From contig DATKZF010000003.1 of NCBI GenBank assembly GCA_035528115.1, positions 551,089 through 615,088 on the forward strand: a DNA stretch of 64,000 nt. Direction: 5' to 3'. Both the position numbers and the translations under genes were made by a program. Shown here piece by piece: positions 1 to 9,644 of the stretch; position 1 is the first letter of the stretch, and each line of letters starts with the position of its first letter. The notes beneath the pieces are model-generated. The model did not search any database, was not told where the DNA came from, and saw nothing but the letters and a program-made list of their open reading frames with translations. Source of the stretch: Candidatus Bipolaricaulota bacterium (lineage in GTDB: Bacteria > Patescibacteriota > Patescibacteriia > UBA11705 > DATKZF01).

Positions 1-533
1 ATCAATACGAACTTGGCGTTTTGGAAAGAGATGTTAAACTGCTGGAAAAAATAAAAGCGCCGTTCGGTAAAATGACTCACGCCGAGGCCGTTAAAAAATT
101 GCAGTCGCTCGGCTCGGACATTAAAGAAGACGATGATTTGGGAGCCGATGACGAGACTTTGCTGACCAAAGACAGCGCCGTGCCCATATTCGTTGAAAAA
201 TGGCCGGCGAAAATTAAAGCGTTTTACATGAAGCTTGATCCGGAAAACAAAGACTTGGTTTTGGGCTCTGACCTGATCGCCACCGAAGGCGCGGGCGAGA
301 TTATCGGCGGCTCGCAAAGAGAAGACGATTATGATTTGCTTTTGAAGAGAATGAAAGCGCAAAAAATGCCCATTGAGTCATTTCAATGGTATCTTGATTT
401 GCGAAAATACGGATCAGTGCCGCACAGCGGCTTTGGTTACGGCTTAGAGAGGTTGGTTCGCTGGATTTGCGGCTTGCAGCATATTCGCGAAACGGTTCCG
501 TTCCCGAGGATGATTAATAGGTTGACTCCATAG
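1..533 (+). CDS. asnS: Asparaginyl-tRNA synthetase, C-terminal part (5' end lies outside the window)
   Basis: The translation continues in frame from the window edge. Class II motif-3 region matches AsnRS: GEIIGGSQRE, WYLDLRKYGSVPHSGFGYGLERLV, PFPR. Confidence 0.8.
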   Translation, partial: QYELGVLERDVKLLEKIKAPFGKMTHAEAVKKLQSLGSDIKEDDDLGADDETLLTKDSAVPIFVEKWPAKIKAFYMKLDPENKDLVLGSDLIATEGAGEIIGGSQREDDYDLLLKRMKAQKMPIESFQWYLDLRKYGSVPHSGFGYGLERLVRWICGLQHIRETVPFPRMINRLTP

Positions 534-708
534 TGAGTTACGAGATGTACGAGATTTTCGTACGAAATATTACGAGATCGGTTTCTTAAAAAATTGGAAA
601 GTGGAAATTGGGGATGAAGAAAAAAATTGCTCCATTACTCAATTGTTACGTGATACATGATATGTGATCCATGCTTCATGCTCCATGTTTCATGATTCAT
701 GATAATTT

Positions 709-903
709 ATGCCAATAGAAAACAGAGACGACATCAAGCCGGGTATGGAGGTGATGATTGTTTTGAAAAAAGATCAGCCCACCGGCGACTTGACTCGAGG
801 AGTCGTTAAAGAAATTTTGACCAATTCCGCTTTTCACCCGCGCGGCATAAAAGTCAGACTTGAAGACGGGCAGGTGGGAAGAGCGCAGGAAATCGTGAAA
901 TAA
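709..903 (+). CDS. YwbE-like small protein (DUF2196 family)
   Basis: 64 aa with KPGMEV..KKDQPTG.LTRGVV..ILT.S.FHPRGIKVRLEDGQVGR, typical of the YwbE family. Confidence 0.55.
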   Translation: MPIENRDDIKPGMEVMIVLKKDQPTGDLTRGVVKEILTNSAFHPRGIKVRLEDGQVGRAQEIVK

Positions 904-931
904 AAAATGCTCGGATCGGGCATTTTTTATT
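903..931 (+). terminator. Intrinsic terminator after the ywbE-like gene
   Basis: Hairpin aaaatgctcgg/atc/cgggcatttt followed by a T-run. Confidence 0.55.
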
Positions 932-966
932 TGTAAAATAATTGATTTTATGGTAATTTTAGAGAT

Positions 967-2115
967 ATGAATGATGTTTTCGAGCAAATTAAGCGGCGGA
1001 AATGGTTTCTTGGCATTCGTCGGGAAGAATCACTGTTTTTTTATTCGGCCAAGTTTATGGACAGAGAGAAATTCACTTTAAAAAATTATAAAAATAATTT
1101 TGTCGAATCAATAATTTTTCCTCAAAAGGATAATGAGGTAATCCGCGCTTTTAATTTGGATCAATCAAAACTCTTTCATCAAGAATCAAAGAAAAAGGTT
1201 TTGCGAAATCCGGAGCTTTTGCGAAAATATATTGACCACGATGATAAACTTTGGAAAAAAATTTCCAAGCTTTCCGAAAGATTGGAAAAGTTTATCGAAA
1301 AGCGAGATTTAAAAAAGGCAAAAAAATGTTTTCAGGACATTCTTGAAAAATACGGCGAACATGGCGCTTATTTTTTATTTATTTTTTCAATGGGCATGAT
1401 GCTCGAGGAAAATAAAAAAGAAATTGAAAACGCTGGACAAGTTTTGGAGGCCCATAACAAATGGAGAAATGAGATTGCATTTAAAGAGGAAAAAATGGGT
1501 GAAAACTTGTTTGATTTTTTTGAATTTTTGAAAAAGGAGAAAAAATCAGATGCAAAAGAAAAAGATTTGATGACTTTTTTAACTGCCCAAGAGATTGTGA
1601 ATTTGGCTGATGGCGCGCTTGACGGGCAAGAAGCGGCGGAAAAAACCGAGCATCGAAAGCAAAGCGGCTATGTTTATTTGTATTTAAGAGACAAACGCTA
1701 TCAAGACACTGTATTGGATGATCCGATTTTGATCGGGCAGATAAAAGAATATTTTGGAAAATTATCAGCGCCTAAAGAGGCGGGCATTAAGGGGCAGGTC
1801 GCTTTCAATTCCGGAGAAAATATCAAGGGAGAGGTTGTTGTTGTAAAAGATAAACGTGAATTGGAAAAAGCGGATTTGGCGGGGAAAATTTTGGTTACGA
1901 TTCAAACCACGCCGCATTTTATTCCTTATTTGAAAAATGTCAAAGCGATTATTACCGATGAAGGCGGCATTACTTGCCACGCGGCGATTGTATCCCGAGA
2001 AATGAAAAAGCCCTGCGTCATCGGCACGAAAATCGCCACGCAGGTTTTGAAGACGGGCGACGAGGTGGAGGTGGACGCCACGCACGGCAAAGTGACCATA
2101 ATTAAAAAATCATAA
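967..2115 (+). CDS. PEP-utilising enzyme mobile (swivel phosphohistidine) domain protein with an uncharacterised K/E-rich N-terminal region
   Basis: C-terminal ~110 aa matches the PEP-utilizers swivel domain: ITDEGGITCHAAIVSREMKKPCVIG. Confidence 0.65.
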   Translation: MNDVFEQIKRRKWFLGIRREESLFFYSAKFMDREKFTLKNYKNNFVESIIFPQKDNEVIRAFNLDQSKLFHQESKKKVLRNPELLRKYIDHDDKLWKKISKLSERLEKFIEKRDLKKAKKCFQDILEKYGEHGAYFLFIFSMGMMLEENKKEIENAGQVLEAHNKWRNEIAFKEEKMGENLFDFFEFLKKEKKSDAKEKDLMTFLTAQEIVNLADGALDGQEAAEKTEHRKQSGYVYLYLRDKRYQDTVLDDPILIGQIKEYFGKLSAPKEAGIKGQVAFNSGENIKGEVVVVKDKRELEKADLAGKILVTIQTTPHFIPYLKNVKAIITDEGGITCHAAIVSREMKKPCVIGTKIATQVLKTGDEVEVDATHGKVTIIKKS

Positions 2116-2119
2116 TACT

Positions 2120-3058
2120 ATGTTTACCAAAACTTTTAAACAAATATCTTACAAAAACGTCGACATCGCCGGCGGCAAGGGCGCGTCGCTGGGTGAAATG
2201 TTTCAGGCAGGCATTCCGATCCCGCCGGGATTTGTGGTTTTGGCGCCCGCTTTTGACAAGTTTTTGAAAGAAACAGATTTGGATGTTGAAGTGGAAAAAG
2301 AGCTGGATAAAATTAATTTTGAAAACGTGAAATCGGTTGATCAGGCGTCGAAAGTGATTAGGCTTTTGATTGACAAAGCGCGATTCCCTGAAGACATTGC
2401 CAAGGAAGTTCAAGATCAGCACAAAAAGCTGGGCGCGGAATATGTGGCCGTGCGAAGTTCCGCGACCGCGGAGGATTCTTCAATCGCGTCCTGGGCCGGA
2501 GAGCTAGAGAGCTATTTAAATGTTAAAGAAGATAATTTATTAAAGTCAGTCAAAAAATGCTGGTCGTCTTTATTTACGCCCAGAGCGATTTTTTATCGTT
2601 TTGAAAAAGGGTTGATTAAAAGTAAAGTTTCGGTGGCCGTTGTCATTCAAGAAATGGTTAACAGCGAAATCGCGGGCATCACCTTTACGGTGCATCCGGT
2701 CACCAAAGACCCGAACCAAATTATCATTGAAGCGGGCTTTGGTTTGGGTGAGGCGATCGTCTCCGGCAGTATCACGCCTGACAGTTATGTGATAGAAAAA
2801 GACACTTGGAATATCATCGACATCAATGTCGCCGAGCAAGCGAAGCAATTGATCAGGGTGCCGGCCGGCGGCAATGTCTGGAAAGATTTGCCGGCTGATA
2901 AAAAGGAAAAACAAAAATTAACCGGCGAGCAAATCATTGAATTGGCGAAATTGTGTTTTGATATTGAAAAGCATTATAAATTTCCCTGCGACATTGAATG
3001 GGCGTTTGAGGGAGGTAAGTTTTATATCACGCAATCGAGGCCGATAACGACGTTATGA
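2120..3058 (+). CDS. Pyruvate phosphate dikinase-type ATP/PEP-binding (PPDK_N, ATP-grasp) domain protein
   Basis: NVDIAGGKGASLGEM and GIPIPPGFVV at the N-terminus, and the protein ends with EWAFEGGKFYITQSRPIT, characteristic of the PPDK_N / PEP synthase N-terminal domain. Confidence 0.7.
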   Translation: MFTKTFKQISYKNVDIAGGKGASLGEMFQAGIPIPPGFVVLAPAFDKFLKETDLDVEVEKELDKINFENVKSVDQASKVIRLLIDKARFPEDIAKEVQDQHKKLGAEYVAVRSSATAEDSSIASWAGELESYLNVKEDNLLKSVKKCWSSLFTPRAIFYRFEKGLIKSKVSVAVVIQEMVNSEIAGITFTVHPVTKDPNQIIIEAGFGLGEAIVSGSITPDSYVIEKDTWNIIDINVAEQAKQLIRVPAGGNVWKDLPADKKEKQKLTGEQIIELAKLCFDIEKHYKFPCDIEWAFEGGKFYITQSRPITTL

Positions 3059-3246
3059 TTGGTTACGAGATGCTACAAGATATTGGAATATAATAATAGT
3101 GTGAAAAGTCAAAATTTATTTTAAATCGGCGCGCGAGCGCCGGTTTTTGTTTTATAAGCAGGCCGAATACTTGAAATGCCGCGTCAAATGATGTATGATT
3201 ATAATGACATTTGTTTAATTCTAATGGTTATTTTTTATACAAAAAT

Positions 3247-4584
3247 ATGGCAAGAACGCTTAATTTGGAGGTTGTAAACAAAAAAGGGGAGGAAGTCATC
3301 ATAAACGGTTGGGTCGATGTCAGGCGCAACATGGGTAAAATCGTATTTCTCGACATGCGCGACCGAACCGGAATTTTGCAGGTCGTTTTGGTGCCAAACG
3401 AATTGGATGACGCTTCAAAAGGCATTTTGGATAATATCAGGCCGCAGTTTGTTTTGGAAATCCAAGGCGTGGTCAATGAACGAAAAGGCAAGAACGCCAA
3501 TCCGCTGATGGAAAGCGGGTCGGTTGAGGTTTTGGCCAAAAGCATCAAAGTTTTAGCTGAAGCGGAAACACTGCCGTATGAGCTCGGGTCTGAAATGAAA
3601 ATGGATACGTATTTGGACAATGCGCCGCTCAATTATCGTGATGAAAAATCCAGAGCTGTTTTTAAAGTCCAATCCGCTTTGATTCAAGGATTCAGAGAAT
3701 TGATGATTGATGAAGGTTTTACCGAATTTCAAGCGCCGAAACTGGTGGCCGAGGCGACCGAAGGCGGAGCCAATGTTTTCAAAATCGATTATTTCGGCAA
3801 AGCCGCGTATTTGGGCCAGAGTCCGCAATTTTACAAACAAATCATGACCGGCGTTTTTGAGCGCGTCTTCACCTGCGGCAATGTTTATCGAGCCGAAGCT
3901 CATCATACTTCAAGGCATGTCAATGAATACACGTCGCTTGATTTTGAAATGGGATTTATTAAAGATCACTCCGATGTCATGGATATGACGCGTCGCGCTT
4001 TAACCGCCATGATGAACAAGGTGGCGAAAACGTGCGACAAGGAAGTTCAATTGCTGGACGCGGCCATTCCCGAGGTGCCGGCGGCCATCCCTTCAATGAA
4101 ATTAAAAGAAGCCGAGAAAATCTTGAAAGATGAATTCGGCGAAAATTGCGAAGGCGAACCGGATCTCGAACCTCACCAGGAAGAATTGATCTGCCAATAC
4201 GCCAAACGCAAATTCGATTCGGATTTTCTTTTCATCACTCATTATCCGGTGGAAAAAAGGCCGATGTACACCATGCCAGACGAAAACGATAAGGGTTTCA
4301 CCAAAAGTTTTGACCTGCTTTTTCGCGGCTGCGAAATCGTCACCGGCGGCCAGCGCATTCACGATTATCAAATGCTGGTTGAAAATATTAAAAAATTCAA
4401 AATGGATCCCAAGGAGTTCGAGTTTTATCTGGAGGCTTTCAAATACGGCATGCCGCCCGAAGGCGGGATTGGCATGGGGCTGGAGCGGGTGACTCAAAAA
4501 TTGCTCGGCTTGGATAATATCAAGCAGGCGACGCTTTTCCCGAGAGATGATGTGAGGATTGACCTGCCTTTGAGTGGAAAATAA
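3247..4584 (+). CDS. aspS: Aspartyl-tRNA synthetase, archaeal/non-discriminating type
   Basis: Class II aaRS with GGQRIHDY, GGIGMGLERV, LFPRDDVRIDLP. The listed ORF starts at 3211, but ATG MARTLNLEVV at 3247 is the more likely start. Confidence 0.8.
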   Translation: MARTLNLEVVNKKGEEVIINGWVDVRRNMGKIVFLDMRDRTGILQVVLVPNELDDASKGILDNIRPQFVLEIQGVVNERKGKNANPLMESGSVEVLAKSIKVLAEAETLPYELGSEMKMDTYLDNAPLNYRDEKSRAVFKVQSALIQGFRELMIDEGFTEFQAPKLVAEATEGGANVFKIDYFGKAAYLGQSPQFYKQIMTGVFERVFTCGNVYRAEAHHTSRHVNEYTSLDFEMGFIKDHSDVMDMTRRALTAMMNKVAKTCDKEVQLLDAAIPEVPAAIPSMKLKEAEKILKDEFGENCEGEPDLEPHQEELICQYAKRKFDSDFLFITHYPVEKRPMYTMPDENDKGFTKSFDLLFRGCEIVTGGQRIHDYQMLVENIKKFKMDPKEFEFYLEAFKYGMPPEGGIGMGLERVTQKLLGLDNIKQATLFPRDDVRIDLPLSGK

Positions 4585-4695
4585 CAAATGACAAACTCCA
4601 AATTTCAAATAAATTACAAGCTCCAAATACGAAATAACAAACATTTGTGATTTTGAATATTGGAATTTTGGATTTATTGTCTGGGATTTATTAAA

Positions 4696-5001
4696 ATGAG
4701 ATTATCGAAATTGCAAAAATATATTTTGATCCAGAGCGATCAATATAAGGGCGAGCGATTGCATCGCGATCGATTGGTTGAGTTTTACGGACATGTTCAG
4801 CGAGCCCCGAAATCGGATTTGCAGACGAAAATCATTTCAAGAAGTTTGGAGAGCTTGATCGATAAGGAATTGATGATCGGCTATGGCATGCGCACGCCGC
4901 ATAAGTGGTTCATTAAGGAAATAAAATTGACATCGAAAGGGAAAAAAGAGGCGAAAAAATTGTTGGGGGAACAAATGAGCCTGCCCTTGAAAACAAAATA
5001 G
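4696..5001 (+). CDS. Hypothetical small basic protein (possible DNA-binding)
   Basis: ORF only; the start could be as early as 4660. Confidence 0.3.
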   Translation: MRLSKLQKYILIQSDQYKGERLHRDRLVEFYGHVQRAPKSDLQTKIISRSLESLIDKELMIGYGMRTPHKWFIKEIKLTSKGKKEAKKLLGEQMSLPLKTK

Positions 5002-5003
5002 CT

Positions 5004-5693
5004 ATGTATAAGATAAAAATAGAAAAATTTTCCGGACCGCTGGATTTGCTCCTGCAATTGATCGAGGGCAAAGAATTGGAAATCACCGAAATCTCGTTGT
5101 CGCAGGTGACTGATCAATATTTGGAACATATTAAAAAATTAACGAATAAGCCGGCTGAGGAATTGGCCGATTTTTTGGTCATTGCCGCGAAATTATTGTT
5201 GTTCAAATCAAAAGCCATTTTACCGATTGTCGAGGAAGAAGTCGAGCCGGACGAGCTGGAAAAGCAATTGAAAATGTACAAGGAATATTACGAAGCGAGC
5301 AAAGTCATTGACGCCATGATGGGTAAAGAGAATTTTTCATTCGGCCGCGAAAAATCGCCGATAAAAATGGAAGTGGAATTTCATCCTCCGGAAAATGTTA
5401 ATTCGGCTTCGCTTAAAGAAGTTTTTTTGAAAATTTTGAAGAGATTGGATCCTCTTTTATCTTTGCCGAAAGTGGCCATTGAAAAAACGATCAGCATACA
5501 AGAGAAAATCATGTCCTTGCAAAAAGCTTTGTCTCGATTCAGAAATATCGATTTCAGCAAATTGACGAAAAACGCCAAATCGAAAACGGAAATCATTATT
5601 AATTTTCTCGCCTTGCTCGAATTGATCAAGCGTCGCAGCGTTTTTGTTTCGCAAAATGAAATTTTCGGCAATATTCAAGTAAAAAAAATATAA
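5004..5693 (+). CDS. scpA: Segregation and condensation protein A
   Basis: FSGPLDLLLQLIEGKELEITEISLSQVTDQYLEHI matches the ScpA N-terminus. It is immediately followed by scpB. Confidence 0.8.
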   Translation: MYKIKIEKFSGPLDLLLQLIEGKELEITEISLSQVTDQYLEHIKKLTNKPAEELADFLVIAAKLLLFKSKAILPIVEEEVEPDELEKQLKMYKEYYEASKVIDAMMGKENFSFGREKSPIKMEVEFHPPENVNSASLKEVFLKILKRLDPLLSLPKVAIEKTISIQEKIMSLQKALSRFRNIDFSKLTKNAKSKTEIIINFLALLELIKRRSVFVSQNEIFGNIQVKKI

Positions 5694-5787
5694 GCGTTGT
5701 CACGGGGCGTGACAACGCTTGAAATTCCGTCGCTCGGTCGCCATGAAAATAAATTTTCGCAGCGACCTCGCTAGAAATTATAAAAAT

Positions 5788-6354
5788 ATGGATAAATCTC
5801 AAGTGGAAAGTTTGTTGTTAGTTTCTCCGCGGCCGCTCGGCGTGTCCGATTTGATTAAGTTCTTTAAAAAGTCAGGCCAAAAGACTTCAAAAGAAGAAAT
5901 CAAAAAAGCGCTTGATGAATTGGTGCTCAAGCATAACGCGCCGAATAGCGGCATCAATATCGTTTATTCAAATGATAGCTATCAAATGGTCTCCAATCCG
6001 GCCAATAAGGAATTGGCCGAGCAATTGATCAAACAGGAAAGATCGGGAGAATTGACGCAGCCGTCAATCGAGACCTTGACGATCATCGCTTATCGCGGCC
6101 CGATCAGCAAGGCCGAGATAGAGAAAATCAGAGGCGTGAATTGCAGTTTGATTTTGCGCAATTTAATGATCAGAGGTTTGGCGGATTTCGAGATCGATAA
6201 AAACAACGGGCAGGAATTATACAGCGTCACCGTCGAATTTTTGCAATATCTGGGCCTGAATACGGTCGAGGATTTGCCCGATTACTCGCGTTTGCATCAA
6301 TTGGAGAGTCTGGTTGATTTTTTGGCGAATAAAGAAGAAAGTTTAACCAAATAA
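5788..6354 (+). CDS. scpB: Segregation and condensation protein B
   Basis: Winged-helix ScpB motifs: VESLLLVSPRPL.. and TLTIIAYRGPISKAEIEKIRGV. The ORF may start as early as 5719. Confidence 0.75.
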   Translation: MDKSQVESLLLVSPRPLGVSDLIKFFKKSGQKTSKEEIKKALDELVLKHNAPNSGINIVYSNDSYQMVSNPANKELAEQLIKQERSGELTQPSIETLTIIAYRGPISKAEIEKIRGVNCSLILRNLMIRGLADFEIDKNNGQELYSVTVEFLQYLGLNTVEDLPDYSRLHQLESLVDFLANKEESLTK

Positions 6355-6364
6355 AAAGACCGCT

Positions 6365-7267
6365 ATGATCGAATTTGTGGTTTCGGCGATTTTAATGATC
6401 AATCCGATATTTTCGAGCATTGATAGAGTTGCGGTAGATGATTTTTACAATGATCTGCGTTTGCCGCGTAAAATAGAAAATGATAACAGAGGAGTATTGC
6501 CGACATCTCAAAATTTTATTTTAAAAGATATTGATACCGGAAAATTTTTGTACGGTAAAAACAAAGACCAGCAGACTCCGATCGCCAGTCTCACTAAATT
6601 GATGACGGCGTTGGTTTTTTTGCGGGAAAACCCCGAAGTGAATTGGGAAGCGGAAGTGACCATGCAGCAAAGCGATGAGATTCCCGGCGCTTATCCGCAC
6701 ATTTATCGCGGTGAAACGGTTTCGCTCAGAGACGTTTTCAATACGATGCTGGTGTCTTCCGATAATCATTGCGCCAAGGCGCTGGCGCGAGTCTCCGGCC
6801 TGTCCGAGACTGAATTTGTCGAAAAGATGAATGTTTTCGCTGGGGAAAACAATATGCCAAACACTGAATTTCATGACGTGATCGGTTTATCAAAAAATAA
6901 TGTTTCGACGGCCGCGGAAGTGGCGAGACTATTCGAGCTCGCTCTGAAGAATGAAGATATCTCGGCAGGGCTGTCTTTGCCGGCGTACAATTTTAAAATA
7001 AAAAATTCCAAGAAAGTCAGAAATGTTTATTCGACCGACGCGCTTTTTGATAGTTTTTTGAACTCGGAAAAATACGGCTATAAAATAATAGGAGGCAAGA
7101 CGGGATATTTGCCCGAGGCCGGGGGTTGTCTGGCTATTTTGGTGGAAAAAGACAATCATCGGTTGCTCTCGGTTGTTCTGGGCAGTAATTCTTCGCAAGC
7201 CAGATTTCAGGACACGAAAGCTTTGATTGATTGGGGATTTTTAAATTACAGTTGGGATAATTTATGA
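6365..7267 (+). CDS. dacA: D-alanyl-D-alanine carboxypeptidase (PBP5-type serine peptidase)
   Basis: SxxK (ASLTKLM), SxN (SSDN) and KTG (GGKTGY) motifs are present. Confidence 0.75.
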   Translation: MIEFVVSAILMINPIFSSIDRVAVDDFYNDLRLPRKIENDNRGVLPTSQNFILKDIDTGKFLYGKNKDQQTPIASLTKLMTALVFLRENPEVNWEAEVTMQQSDEIPGAYPHIYRGETVSLRDVFNTMLVSSDNHCAKALARVSGLSETEFVEKMNVFAGENNMPNTEFHDVIGLSKNNVSTAAEVARLFELALKNEDISAGLSLPAYNFKIKNSKKVRNVYSTDALFDSFLNSEKYGYKIIGGKTGYLPEAGGCLAILVEKDNHRLLSVVLGSNSSQARFQDTKALIDWGFLNYSWDNL

Positions 7268-7755
7268 TTCAAACCATAATTGATTATTTCAGTAATGTCG
7301 AGCCTCGCTGGGCCACTTTTTGGCTATCCATGATTCCTTTTACGGAGCTTCGAGCCGCGTTGCCGATAGCTTTGTTGGGGTATAAATTGCCGGTCTGGGA
7401 GGCGATCGTTTTTTCAATCGCGGGCAACATGATTCCCGCGGTTATAATTTTATTTAGTTTGGACTGGCTGAGCGATTTTTTGGCGGCCAGAATAAATTGG
7501 TACAAAAAATTTCAGACTTGGCTTTTTGAGCGGACGGCCAGAAAGTTTGAGGGCAAATACAGAAAATATGGCCGCGTCGCCTTGCTGATTTTTGTCGGAA
7601 TTCCTTTGCCTCTGACCGGCGCCTGGACGGGCGCAATCGCGGCTTTTATTTTCGGGTTTAAGAAAAAATGGGCGCTGCTGTTTATTTTTCTCGGTTTGAT
7701 TATGTCGGCGATTATTGTTACACTGCTTAGTCTGGGCGTGATTTCGGTCATGTAA
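7264..7755 (+). CDS. Small membrane protein, possibly the small multidrug export family (COG2426)
   Basis: Four predicted TM segments. FTELRAALPIAL and the overall layout resemble the Sm_multidrug_ex family. Overlaps the dacA stop. Confidence 0.4.
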   Translation: MIQTIIDYFSNVEPRWATFWLSMIPFTELRAALPIALLGYKLPVWEAIVFSIAGNMIPAVIILFSLDWLSDFLAARINWYKKFQTWLFERTARKFEGKYRKYGRVALLIFVGIPLPLTGAWTGAIAAFIFGFKKKWALLFIFLGLIMSAIIVTLLSLGVISVM

Positions 7756-7927
7756 GCACATACACAGAACACATAACCTGAAGCACGTAAAAACGGAGCT
7801 TGTAGGTTGTTAGGTTATTAGGCAAACCAATAAGACACTAAGAACCTACTTGACTAACAACCCAAAAAGCCAATAAGTTACAAACTCATTACCATTTTAC
7901 GATCGCTAATTGCCAATTCACACCCAT

Positions 7928-9052
7928 ATGCGCATAGGCATTGACTGCCGCAAAATATTCGATCCGATAAAAAATACCGGCGCCGGCGTGGAGCGGTATA
8001 CCTTTAATTTGGTTAAAAACTTGATTGAACTCGATGAAGAAAACGACTATGTTTTATTTATACCGGCTGCGTATTCAAAAAATGCTTTGGATATTTTGAT
8101 CAAAGACGGCGGACGCGCCCAGGTGAGGAAAATCCGGTCCGGCAAAATGCCGTTTTGGTCCCGCCATTTGAAATTTTCTTTTCAATTGTATCGGGCAAAG
8201 CTCGATTTGGCGTTATTTCCCGCCAACATTATTCCCATCGGCTATGCCAAGCGTTCATTTGTTTTCGTGCACGATTTGATCATTTACAAACATCCCGAAT
8301 GGTTTCCTACCGGCCAATTTTTTTCGAAAAAAGTGTTGGTGCCGCTCAGCTTGAAAAAGGCGGAAAAGATAATTGCCATTTCACAAGCGACAAAAAAAGA
8401 TTTGATTCAATTGTTCCGCGCTCAGGGCAAGAAGATTGAAGTTGTTTACCCGTCAGTGGATATTTATCCGGAAATCGATCCGCGCGCGGAAGAAAAGGCG
8501 AAACAGAAATTCAATTTGGAAAAAAGATATTTGTTTTTCGTGGGCACGCTCGAGCCCAGAAAGAATTTGGTCAATTTGATTAAAGCGTTCAAAAAAGTTT
8601 TACGTGAATTCCCTGACGTGGATTTGTATTTGGCCGGCAATGTCGGCTGGCATTATGAAAAAATAATCGGAGCCGCGGCTTCGGCTCGCGGCAAATCGAA
8701 CATTAAGTTTCTGGGGGCTGTCACCAATTTGGAAAAATTGGTTTTAATGAAAAATTGCAGTGTGTTTGTCTTTTTGTCATGGGACGAAGGCTTTGGCATG
8801 CCCGTTTTGGAAGCCATGAAGGTCGGCGTTCCCATTGTCACTTCGGCCGCCGGCGGGCTCGGAGAATTGATTTCCGACAACAGACAGATCGCCGCGCCCG
8901 GAGATATCAATGATATTGCTCAAAAAATAAAAAATCTCCTGGCGGATCAGGAGCTTCGTCGCAATATTATAGAAAAGCAGAAAAAATGGTCGGAAAATTT
9001 CAGCTGGCGATATTCCGCTCAAAAATTGTTAAAAATTATACAAGGAAAGTAA
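7928..9052 (+). CDS. Glycosyltransferase family 1 (GT4-type)
   Basis: FFVGTLEPRKN and EGFGMPVLEAMKVGVPIVTS motifs. The ORF could start at 7910. Confidence 0.75.
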   Translation: MRIGIDCRKIFDPIKNTGAGVERYTFNLVKNLIELDEENDYVLFIPAAYSKNALDILIKDGGRAQVRKIRSGKMPFWSRHLKFSFQLYRAKLDLALFPANIIPIGYAKRSFVFVHDLIIYKHPEWFPTGQFFSKKVLVPLSLKKAEKIIAISQATKKDLIQLFRAQGKKIEVVYPSVDIYPEIDPRAEEKAKQKFNLEKRYLFFVGTLEPRKNLVNLIKAFKKVLREFPDVDLYLAGNVGWHYEKIIGAAASARGKSNIKFLGAVTNLEKLVLMKNCSVFVFLSWDEGFGMPVLEAMKVGVPIVTSAAGGLGELISDNRQIAAPGDINDIAQKIKNLLADQELRRNIIEKQKKWSENFSWRYSAQKLLKIIQGK

Positions 9053-9493
9053 AATAACCAGCATTGCGATTTGAATCATTAGGCCCAGCGGCAGGCCTAT
9101 TTTTTTTGTGGGAAATCGATCGTGAACCCAAAAGTGCCATTTGGCGAAGCGTTTAAACATGCGGGGATATATTTCATGCACGCCCACCAAAAAATCGGGC
9201 AAAAGAGAGCCGGCCAAGGCCATGAAATATAAAAAGAAACTATCGATGTCGTTGTAGAACTTGATGAGCCAGAACAAGTTGAAAGCGATGCAAAGAGCCA
9301 AGTCAACCAAAATCAACTGCACCACTTGCTTGGGCTTTTCTTTGGTGCGATAGCCTTCAATAATGCGTTGATCGCCGTGAGGGATCATGTCCATCAGGAA
9401 GTGGAAAATTAAGCCGATGATGAAGGCCAGCCACCAGAATTTTATTTTTTGCGCGATGAATACGCCGGCTGCGGCGTGGACGGTTAGTAGCAT
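9029..9493 (-). CDS. Membrane-bound metal-dependent hydrolase-like protein (DUF457/YdjM-like)
   Basis: N-terminal MLLTVHAAAG and an H..D..PHGD motif, with multiple TM helices. Confidence 0.35.
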   Translation of the reverse strand: MLLTVHAAAGVFIAQKIKFWWLAFIIGLIFHFLMDMIPHGDQRIIEGYRTKEKPKQVVQLILVDLALCIAFNLFWLIKFYNDIDSFFLYFMALAGSLLPDFLVGVHEIYPRMFKRFAKWHFWVHDRFPTKKIGLPLGLMIQIAMLVILLSLYNF

Positions 9494-9644
9494 ATATCAT
9501 GGATCATGCCTGCCCGCCGACCTGTCCGGCGTAGCTTCAGCGGAGGCGGAAGCTTAATAGCGAAGGCGGGGATCATGAATCACATATCAATTCCGGTTTT
9601 ATCTTTGCTCTATGTTATATGTTTCATGTTTCATGAACATTATA

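Noticed and set aside
697-987. Minus-strand 96-aa ORF overlapping the ywbE-like gene
   Set aside because: It is antisense to a well-conserved small protein (709..903), has no recognisable motifs, and spans the plus-strand terminator. It is a spurious ORF.
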